Shown here one piece after another: positions 53,543 to 64,000 of a DNA stretch of 64,000 bases; positions within the stretch are counted from its first letter, which is position 1; each line of letters starts with the position of its first letter. Source of the stretch: Trichinella spiralis (Eukaryota); assembly GCF_000181795.1 (NCBI RefSeq), contig NW_003526943.1:10090849-10154848 (forward strand), read 5' to 3'. The position numbers were made by a program, and so were the translations under genes. The notes under the pieces were generated by a model that saw nothing but the letters and a program-made list of their open reading frames with translations, did no database searches and was not told where the DNA came from.

Positions 53543-55695
53543 ATGGGTTTGGAACGGTAAGAAGAAAATATGACGAAGTTCAAAGAGAAGTTGATAACTG
53601 ATTGTTTTAGGTTTGACATTTATCGTAAAGTTCCGAAAGATTTAACTCAACCCCACTACAACAGGTGCCGTGATATCAATTTTTTCTTTGATTTTTATCA
53701 GCTATTTATTTGTTTCTGAATTATTGCAGTTTTTGAAAGTGGAAATGTATGAACTTTGTTATATTTTTGATTTTTCAAGGGAATTCAAAAAGTCTTTTTT
53801 TGTAGAATCAGTGAAATGTTCGTAAGTAATCCTGATGTAGTTGAAGTGATTCCCGTTTTTCTCAATGCCACTCTGCTAGCGTTAGGATGTGATTGTACGT
53901 ACGTTGGGAAATAAATAAAAGCATGGCGTCAAATAGACTGTCTTCTATTATCATATTTTTCATTTTTAGATTTGGGCTTAGATATTCAGGATGAAAATGG
54001 TCGTCACGAAGTCGGTTTTATTGAAAACGTGGTTAAGCATCCAGTTCATGCTGGCGGATGTAGAATAGAAGCTACATTTCGAATAAGTAAAGTAAGATGT
54101 TTGAATATTATTTAAGTATTCGCAGTATGAATGATTTTTTTGTTTGATATTGTGAAGATTTTGTTTTAATTGGTTTCCGGGATGGTGTATTATTAATATT
54201 TTTACAGTACGTATCACATTTAAACTTCATGTATAAAACACTGGTAATAAAATGTTATAATTTTTACGAATATTTCCAGTTAAATTCCTTTGATTCAGAT
54301 TTGATTTTTGGAATAACGCAAACTGGCAGTTGGTTTACTACAGTAAAATTGAAAATCAAGTATTTGCTGTATATTTTGCTTTTAAATTCTAGTGTGCATG
54401 AGCAAGTTCTCTTTTAACAAAAATAAATTGGCGAATTACTTTTCAGTAATCTTGTCTGTAGCATTTTATTTAAAAATGAAATATACTTTTGACAGACTGC
54501 AATTTATTTAATATGCGATCTGCATATATGGTGTAGTAGCTGTACAATTCATACGTTAAATAATGAAAATAGTTTGTCGGAGATTTACCGATTAGAAATG
54601 TAAGCTGGTAGAAGCCGTTGTGTAAATATTGCACTTTATATAAAATAAAAATATATATTGAAATGAACATGAATAAATTGAATAAATATTTATTAAAAAT
54701 TCTCCTAAATAATATGCTTAGACGCACAAGCAAATCTATATAATAGTTGCGTTAATGTATTTACGCATGTGTTGGGTGTAATTTTTGTTTTGAATTTTAA
54801 TAGTTTTTGTTTAAAATATTTTTTCCTGATGTGACTAATCTAGGTACCGGGCAATTTTCATCTTTCTACTCACTCCGCAAAAATTCAACCTGTATTCGTA
54901 GACTTACGACATGTAATTCATGGTGTCAGGTTTGGCGATGACGTTATGGTGCATCTTTTTGTTATGCTTTTTATACATAATATTGAATTTCTTGTTGATT
55001 TAGGAATACAATCTACCAGGAAATTTTAATCCATTGATGAACGCAGAGGTGTTAGATTCACCCGTGGATAATTGTAAGTGTGTTTCATATGTAGTTTTAT
55101 TTTATTTTCTACATTTGTGTAAAAGATGATTCAGTTTGAATGTACTCAATGGAAAGAAGAAATTTTTTCTTTTTAGTCCCTTTCTCGTATGATTATATAT
55201 TGAAAATTGTCCCTACAGTTTACGAGAATATTGCTGGGAACATGAAGCATGCGTATCAGTATACATATGCACGTAAAGTAAGTCAATTTGCTTTTATCTT
55301 TCTCTTTCACATTTTGAGAATTGTTTTAATTTTGAAAAATTTATAATCTGTTTTGTGATATAATGGTAGCACATGAATTTAGATTTCCTTTTACAGACTT
55401 ACATAGAAATGTCTTTTACTGGTCAGACAAATCCAACGTTGTGGTTTCGATACGATTTCACTCCAATCACTGTGAAGTACCACGAACGGCGTCAACCGTT
55501 ATACATTTTCTTAACTTCTGTATGCTGTTTATGTTTTATTTGAAATTTTATATTTTAATTTTGTTTCAGTGGTTTTTTAATTATTAGATATGCGCTATTA
55601 TTGGTGGAACTTTCACTGTGGCTGGTTTGATTGATTCGTTCTTTTTTACCGCATCTCAGTTGTACAAGAAAGTTGAATTGGGCAAGATTAGTTGA
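53543..55695 (+). CDS. ERGIC1: ER-Golgi intermediate compartment protein 1 (ERGIC-32), multi-exon; apparent 1-nt insertion at 53651-53654
   Basis: FDIYRKVPKDLTQPTTTGA, GLDIQDENGRHEVG, KVPGNFHLSTH, YDYILKIVPTVY, WFRYDFTPITVKY, CAIIGGTFTVAGLID, LGKIS*. Confidence 0.93.
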
Positions 55696-56824
55696 TTCAG
55701 TTGGCATACAGAGCTAGAGAAAAAGTTATAAAAATAGTCATGAAACTGACATTGTCATAATACTGCTTTACTTGTACTTGATTTGTTTATTTACTGTTTA
55801 TAGTGTTTCCGTTTTTTTTGGCTTTAACATTTAAAGAAGTATTAAACATTGTTGTTTTTTAAATCAGAATTCCCTATATGTAGTGCTTGAAGAGTAAGTA
55901 GGTGGATTTGTTGTTCATTGTCTTGTTGAATAGTTCTGGGGCAGCAGTTTTTGATTTAAACAGTTCTGTCTGCATTTTATTTCAAATTTTATTACCTTAT
56001 ATATATATGTGTGTGTGTGTATATATCTTTTTTTTGAATTTCATTCAAAGCTTTTTTGTTGATTTTTTAAATAAAATGATTCACAAATTGCAGTTTGTGA
56101 ATTTTGATGAATATGTTCATTTCCATTTCTTTAACCAGGTTTTAACGCAGTGATATATATTATGATAGCAGTGGTAATGGGAGAAGATGAAGAAGAAGAC
56201 AAATGGAAGAAGTGTGAAGAATTTAAAAGCAGCAAACTTCAAATTGAATACTTTGTTTGTTGAAAATTATTTATTGAGAAAGAAAAATTGAATTGTTGAC
56301 TCCAGTCCAACTTGATCGAGTAAATTCGCGTAAAATGATGAATGAACGTTACCTTGCTGTTGATAAAAGATTGTTAGTGAACGTAAATGAATTAGTTCGT
56401 TGTTCAATAGTTTAAAAAGTTGGTTTGTAATTTCAAAAATTATTAACTGGGGGGAAATTCAAATTGTTGTTTTGTTTTATATTTATCACTATGGATAATA
56501 TTTCCAATGCTAATGGCAGATTAGTGTGGATTTGAGAGTGAAAATTTTCAAAATGAAATTTGCCATATATTTTCAAATTTGAAAGTCATAAACAATGTTC
56601 AGGTTCTGCCATGCTACGGTATTTGATGCGATTACGTAGTAGTACCGTAGGACGTATCGACCTTCGCGAAACGCATCGGCACTTTTCAAGTGCATTCGCG
56701 CCGTTTTGACACACGAGTGCGCGCTCGCTTGTGTTACGGCCAGTTGAACGTTTGAAAAAATAAACAAATAAACAAATAAATAAACAACCGAATTTGTCGT
56801 TTTCTTGATTTTGGTAAATCAGTG

Positions 56825-59800
56825 ATGGTTTTGAAACCTTTGGAATTTGCCGACTGCGTCACCGACAGCCCCTGGTTTAGAGCGAATTTGCGTGAACACG
56901 AGCTCGCCTTGGAACGCTCATACAAATCCATCAAACTGCTCGAAAGCCAAAGCAAAGAACTAATCTCGGCAGGACAAAGTAAGCAAGCCGAATGTAGATA
57001 TATATATTTTTTTGTTGAAACAAAAATTCCAATACATATTTATGTTTATTTATTATTTATGGTGTTGTGTTGTTATTCTGTTTGCTCCAATTGTGTAAAT
57101 TTGTTTCCACTGCAACAAGCAGAAGAGAAAACCGATCGATGGTGGTTAGCTTTCTCTTTCTTGCTCAGCTGCAGTCTCTATGGAGTGCTTTTCGTCGCTA
57201 AATTTTGACAACAAGCTCGTCAAAATTTGACACGTTTGACGGCCAAGTCGAGCATTCATGCCTCAGGCTTAAACTACAACTGCACACTGGAGTTGAAAAT
57301 TTCTCCTCATCTGGTCGTGTTATATAATCATTATTTCGCGTTGTTCTTCAAATCACATAAATTAGGTACTGGAAACAGTTGAATGGTGCTTAGAAAATAT
57401 TATTGTATATTCATGTGTGTTGTGAATAGAAATTTCAAGAAAAAGAAATAATAATAATTGTTGTGCAATAAGAGCAGCAATTCGTATTGTTCTATTATTT
57501 TCATTTTATGATATTTTTTTTGAAAAAATGGCAGCCTAGATTTAGTACGTTCGTATAATTTGAATTTGGTCATTTTGTTTAAAATGTACACGTAAACAAT
57601 TGTAAAGTTTGTTCAGTGTTGATTCAGTTTGTTCTTTTTTTTGTTTTCCACGCACGTCAGCGTTGAACAAGCAGTGTGTCATTTGTATATGAGAATATAC
57701 GTTCAGCATTGTTACTCTGATAGATGTAAAAAAAGGGGGGGGAGGTGGGAACTGTGGAAAGTTTTGTTTATTTATAGTATTTTATAGTTGCACAAATAAT
57801 AATTAGTTTAAAATTTTTGAATTTTAAATCATTTAAAAAGTAGTGAATTTTGTTTTTCGCATTATCATTGGGAAAGAGGTCTGAAATGTGAAGAAAATTT
57901 GAAAAAAAATCAACCCACCCGCGTAAGCAGCAGCAGCATCAGTGAGTGTACTCGCGCTTAAAATGATGACAACTGCCAGCTTTTGACGTTGAAGTTGATT
58001 TGTCACTTAGATGAGATGAATGACGCTGACCAAAAATTGTTGTTGTTGTTGTTGTTGTTTTCTTGCTTTTCCTTTTGTACTTACAGTCAGTAGTTTTCAA
58101 TTTTACATTTATTCAAAAAACCAATTATATTTAAATTTTTATACACGTTCGACGGAATCCAAATTGTATTCCTGAAAATGTCGCATCGTTGTTGGCCATC
58201 TATACATATATATATTTTTTTTTCTTCTGCTTATATAATTTCTGAAAATAATGACAGCATAAGTTGTTGCTTTATTTTGCCAATGACGCAGTTTTCAAAT
58301 TTGTAAATTGTGTACCAATTCTACTATTTTTCTTTTTTTATTAATTGTTCAAACTCTTTTGATATGTGAAAATTAAATTTCATAACGTCAGTGAAAATTG
58401 TGCATTTCTTATATGCATATATAAATTGGAAAATTGTTGTAAATTTCTGTACTTGAGAAGCATATTTTATTTTTATTGATGTTAATTGAATTACATTGAT
58501 GCAGCAGAGTGAACGAGTGAATTTTTGGACAATAAAATTTGATTAGTGATTCGATATTTCAAGCGTCAACTTGATCGCAACGACAAAAGTTATACATCTA
58601 TTGATGTAGTGGAGTTTGAGAAGCATGTTGATTGAATTAATTAAATTTTATTTCAAATTACTGTAGTTGAAAATAATTAATAAATTGAATTTTCGCGAAT
58701 TGTTGAATTGAAGAATTCGGAGAAAGAATTTTTCTTTGAATTGTCAATGATGATTAGTGATGGAAGGGAGGAATATATTTTTTTTTAATTTTCTCCAACA
58801 CTTGATTTATGGATTTTTTTCTGCAGCTTTTAGTAGCAGTTGTTGTTCAAATGAAATTTATATTTAATTTTCCACAAATTTACTTGTTTTTATTACAGCA
58901 CAATTTTAGTATTATTATCATCATGTTGTTGTTGTTGTTGTATTGTAAAATTTTAATAGTTTCTTTTTTTTCAAAATATGATTATGTTTCAATTTTTGTG
59001 TTTTTGAAAAAAAATTTGCAATTTGAATTGAATTGAATTGTAGAAAGTGAATTTTCACTGTCAACTAATCTAATCAATTTGTGGGAAATTGATTTCACGT
59101 ATATATTTTTTTTTCAAACAAAAAAGAAACAATACTGATGAATGGTGTAATAAAGTTTTTTTTTGTTTCTAGAATTGCAGACTGCTCAACGTAATTTTGC
59201 TAAAACACTGCAAGAACTCAAACTGGAAACAATTGGAACTACCGAAACTGAAGACGAAAGAATCATCGGTAATTAATAATCATGAGTGAAATATGCTAAT
59301 TTTTTTTAAATATATTTTAGCCAACAGTTTGAAAGAATACAGCAAATTGATTTTGCAACTTGAAGATCAGAGAAGTCACATTGTGAGTAATTTAATTTTA
59401 TGCTTTAATGTGCATGTTGTTTTTTTGATATTTTTTTCATCTTGCAGCATCTTCTTTTCTTCCAACTGTGAAATAGTGAAATTTACAAAATCATTTTTGT
59501 ATGACTCGACAAAAGGCATATTATTATTATACTTTTTTAAAATTTGCAATGTTACAATTTTAAAATAATCTAACATTGGCATTTTCAGTGAAATTTTCAT
59601 TCATTCATTCATTCATTCATTCATTTGACAATTTTAAGAATTGAAAAGTTTTGACTGACGTTGATTTATTGGATTTTTTTTGCATTCTACAATTTGGTGA
59701 TAGGAAAATATCTGTCTGCATTTTGACTTGCGTGTGAAAATATGTGCATGCACGCCATGGTATGCGGGCGGTGGTGTGATTATTGACTTGAATGAAAGGA

Positions 59801-62800
59801 CGACCACTTTGTCAAAGATTCAGAGAAGGATGGAAGTAAACGAGACAGGGGGCTTTTCTGATTGAAAATAAAATCAATTTTTTCCACACACGAAAATCTT
59901 TTATTATTATTATTATTAATGATCCGAGTAATCGTTTTTGCTAATTGATGGTCAAATTTTATTCCACCTCGGGACTGTTTAACCTGTTGGCATGTTGCTT
60001 TTGATGAAAAGTACAAATTGCAGAAAACTGAAGAAAATAAATAATAATATTATTAAAAATTTTCCATTTATTATATATATATAAATGGAAATTTTTGATT
60101 TTCAGTTACAAGAGACGGAAAAGAATTTCATTGGACCGTTTCGTAAATTTCGCATCGAATGCATCGGCAATGCAATTCAAGTATGAGAAATAAATAAATA
60201 AATAAACAAATAAACAAACAGATTGCTTTTTTGTAGCATGAGAGAAAAAAGTACGAAAAGTCCAGTTATAAATTTTATCAAACTTTGGAAAAGCATTTGC
60301 ATTTGTCGACGAACAAACGCAACGATTTCAAAGAAGCTGATACTGCTTTGGAAGCTGAACAGCGTCAATTTTACCGTGCGAGTTTGGACTACGTTTGCGT
60401 TCTACAGTCGGTCCAGGAAAGGATGAAATTTGAATTTGTCGAAAATCTTTCCTCATTTTTGTACAGTTTGCTCACCTTCTACCACGTCGGTATGAAAAAA
60501 AATAATTTTTTTAATTATTATTCATTTCTGTCGTAATATGTTAATTTTTCGAACTATTTCACAGGTCACGTTATTCATGAAGATTTCAAACCGTACTTGG
60601 ATCATGTGAAATATCGCGTTCAAAAAGCTAAAGAAAGCTATTACGCTACGGAACTGGAAACTGAAGAATTTCGCAAAAAAATGCTCCGCTTGAATAGCAT
60701 GTCGGTAAATGCAAAGAATGGATATAATTTTTTTAAAAAAAACTGAACACAAACAAACATCTCACTCATTTCAGCATCCGATGGAAATGTGCGCCGGTCG
60801 TGTAGCAATCAAACAAGGCTATTTGTATTTGTGCGAAAAAAGTATTTTTCTTCATTCACTCTTTTTTTTTGCTGAATTTTAATTAATATCTATTAATTTA
60901 AATTTTAAGAGAACTTTTTTTTTCAGAAAATTTAGTAACAAGTTGGACTAAATATTATTGTGTATATCAGAAAGAGACTCGCATGTTTGCGATAGTTCCA
61001 GTAACACAGACGTTGATCAAAGACATCAAAGAGGCATTTGTAAGCAATTCATCTTTTCACAATAGTGAAAAAGTGAACTTTTTTTTTCTTGTAATATCAA
61101 CCGTTATTTCAATGTTGTATGTTTCTGTTTGTTTGTTTGTTTGTTTGTTTGTGTATGTGTGTTCCAGTTTTGATTAGCCGGCTTGTTTTCGTCTCAGTGT
61201 CAAAGCATATCGTTCAAATTGAAAAGCTGCATACGGCGGGCGTCGGACACGATCGATAAGCGATTTTGCTTCGACATCATCTCGGATAACGACGACGTGC
61301 TGACATTCCAAGCTTTGTCGGATGAGGATCGTCGCTGTTGGCTGAACGCACTTGACGGCAAAGAGCCGGTAAATTTGTTTATTTGTTTATTTGTTTAATG
61401 TTTTAATCGAATCAATTTTTTTATTCAGTTTTACAGTCCAACATCTGGTCCTTGCAAGCCGATGCAAAGTAAATTTTTTTTAAATAATTTCATTTGTGTT
61501 TTTTTTTCTATACAAAATACAAAAAGCTTCTTTATTCCAGCTTCTTTGGACAATAATAGTTATAAATTTGTGACAGTTTTATTGGAACGAATTGAACAAA
61601 ATTGTAAGTATATTTTATTTAATTTCAATTTTAATTGTGATGAAATTATCTCATTTTCCATTTTATCAAGTTATCAACGAGCAGGGATTGTATCGCAATT
61701 GTGGTATTAGTTCAAAAGTACAACGACTGTTGCAAACAGCATTGACTACAAACAGTGGCAATAATAACGACTTTACTACTACTACTACTACTACAACTGC
61801 TGATTCGAATGACTTTTCTGAATGGGATGCGAAAACAATGACCAGTGCTGTGAAAACATTTTTGAGGTTTTTTTTAATTGAATTAATTAATTTATTCAAA
61901 TTATTGCTGTTCTGTGCGTTATTTCATAGTTGTTGTCGTTTTGAAGGAGTCTTCCTGAACCGTTGATGACTTACGCGTTGCATGGTCAATTTTTGAGCGC
62001 ATCCAAATTGGATTCCGCCAAAGAACGAGTCGAGCATATTCACTATTATGTGCATCAGTTGCCGAATGAAAATTTCCGCATGTTGAAATTGTTGATGCAT
62101 CATTTGAAGAGGTTTAAATGAAAAAAAAGAGCAATAATGATTGTTCTGCTGTTGTTGTTGGATTTGTTGGATCTGTTTCTTCTTCTTTTTGCTTGCTTAC
62201 TTTTTCCTCTGTATGCTAATTTCAGGGTAGCAGAATGCGCATCGCAAAATTTGATGACCGCCTGCAATTTGGCCGTCTGCTTTGGACCTTGCGTGCTCAG
62301 GGCCGAAGAGGAGACCGTGGCTGCAATCATGGATATTAAGTTTTACAATTTGGTGGTTGAGGTTCTGATCGACAACTGCGACCAAGTAAGTTCAACCAAC
62401 AACAGTCGATAATTTCATCTCAAATCCAGGCGCACCTTCTTCCTTACCAAGCGCACGCAAAGATTGATTCATTGCAGTGGTGGGGCTATTTTTTTTTTCT
62501 TTTTTGTAAATAAATATTTAAATAAATGAGCCATCGGATGTTGTTCAACTTGCATGTTCGTGACCGTTTTCTGTCGGATCGATTTGCAAATCTTTGTTTG
62601 TGGTCGAGCATCGATTGCCGGCGGCGTTATATATTTCTTCCATTACAGCTTCTTACTTTGCTTTCTGCTTGCTTCGACATGTTCATCCTTTTCACCATGT
62701 TCTTCTCACGACTTTGCCAAAAAAAAATGAAATACCTGTTTGCTCATATTTATCTTCCAATTTTGTACTCCATAATGTATAATAATGATTTTTTTAAAAA

Positions 62801-64000
62801 GTTCTCATTTCTTCATGTTTTATTTTTATTCCCTATACCAAGAGGATGTTCATTTTTGTGCAATATACTACGTGGTATAAAAAATGATTTGAGAAGAAAA
62901 AAGAGAAATTTTCATCAACTTACAACATGAAATGTATTGGAAATAAATTCATTTTATCTTCATCGCTCCATCCATCAGAGTTGATGATGACGATGATTGT
63001 TCTTCTCGTCTGCTAAACTCTTTTTTGAATTATAATTTCATTTTGTACTTATTTCACTCTTTTTTTCTTCTTTTAATGATAATCCAATGATATTTCTTGA
63101 ATCGTATGCAGGGCATTTTTTTTCCTCTTGGACAACGGCAAACTTTTCTGCTTTCTCTAGCAACACAAATTGGAAGAAAAATTTAAATAATAATTCGTAA
63201 TTAATTTTCATTGAAAAATGATCAACTGGTATTTAATTATCATAATAATTCTCGATTTGATTGATTGTTGGGAAAAAAATGTGAAATATTAAGGATAATA
63301 ATGGGGGAAATAATTTCTCCATTTGACAGCTGTGCAGCTGACAAAGAGAAGGAAAAATTTGCAGTGAATTTATTGAATTTGATCTAATTGGAGATGTTTG
63401 CAGATTTTTGAAGGTGAACCGAAAACATTCATAACATCTCCACCGTCGAAACCGCCTCACTCGTGCACTCGACGAAGCTTTGATTGTTGCACTGGGACCT
63501 TTTCACCGAAAAGGTAATCCACCCAGTGTTGTCATTTATGTAAATTTATTTTATTTATTTAGCATTTTGAAAACATCTGAAAATGCAGATACAAAAATTC
63601 CTGCAGATCAAACAAATGATGATGTACTGCCGCATGACGGCGTGAGGGTATCATCATCTTCAGTTTCTTCCTCTGTTTCCAACGGTAAGCAAAAAGTGAA
63701 CTAAGAGCAATATTATTTTAACAATTAATAATTTTCATTATCGCTCGTATGAATTTTCACTTTCTTTAGGAGAAGAGAATATTGATGAATCGAGAACAGG
63801 CTCGATTGGAGAATTTCTTGATCAACTTGAAAATGTTAGCTCCTTTGCCAACAGCAGGGGCTCTGCTAGTGAGTGGAGAAGTTTTAATAATTTAATTGAA
63901 ATATCTGTAAAAATTAATAATTTCATTCAAACGCAACTTTTGCAACGTTCATTATGCATGCATGATAAATGGAATCTTTTTCTACACTGATTGCAATGCA
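56825..64000 (+). CDS. BAR-PH-RhoGAP of the GRAF/oligophrenin-1 family; continues beyond the window
   Basis: [20 protein letters not shown] (BAR start), [12 protein letters not shown] domain KQGYLY...IDKRFCFD, and GAP domain [43 protein letters not shown]. Confidence 0.93.
61774..61797 (+). repeat. (ACT)n microsatellite encoding poly-Thr inside the RhoGAP domain
   Basis: actactactactactactacaact is in frame with the GAP exon ([13 protein letters not shown]). Confidence 0.75.

Noticed and set aside
62526..62930. 134-aa hydrophobic ORF
   Set aside because: Lies within an intron of the RhoGAP gene, has T-rich composition bias and shows no motif.

Overview
AT-rich eukaryotic genomic DNA with short GT-AG introns, most likely a clade I nematode of the genus Trichinella (inferred from the His-less DNase II paralog, the repeat families and the intron style). 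It comes from a gapped, Sanger-like draft with scaffold gaps at ~27870, 30386-30720, ~34660 and ~53446. Spliced genes I could reconstruct by eye: KAT8/MOF-like MYST acetyltransferase, a two-MAM-domain secreted protein, ARL3, an RCC1-repeat protein, a 122-aa secreted Cys-rich protein missing from the ORF track, an NDR/STK38 kinase split and apparently mis-ordered across contigs, a DNase II/p43-like protein, PNPLA2/ATGL, a divergent Cys-loop channel, ERGIC1 and the 5' part of a GRAF/oligophrenin RhoGAP. There are also a frameshifted intronless PP1 copy, an LRRK kinase fragment and several nested transposon relics (gypsy, BEL/Pao, MULE, non-LTR RT, Tigger). Most notable: (i) a BEL element whose primer-binding site copies exactly tRNA-Tyr nt 38-76, with a separate upstream 12-mer complementary to the anticodon arm; (ii) a 4.2-kb ARL3 intron filled by a three-class TE nest, in which an internal RT fragment sits cleanly inside a MULE; (iii) the small secreted Cys-rich gene. 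All translations are manual and no database search was run.
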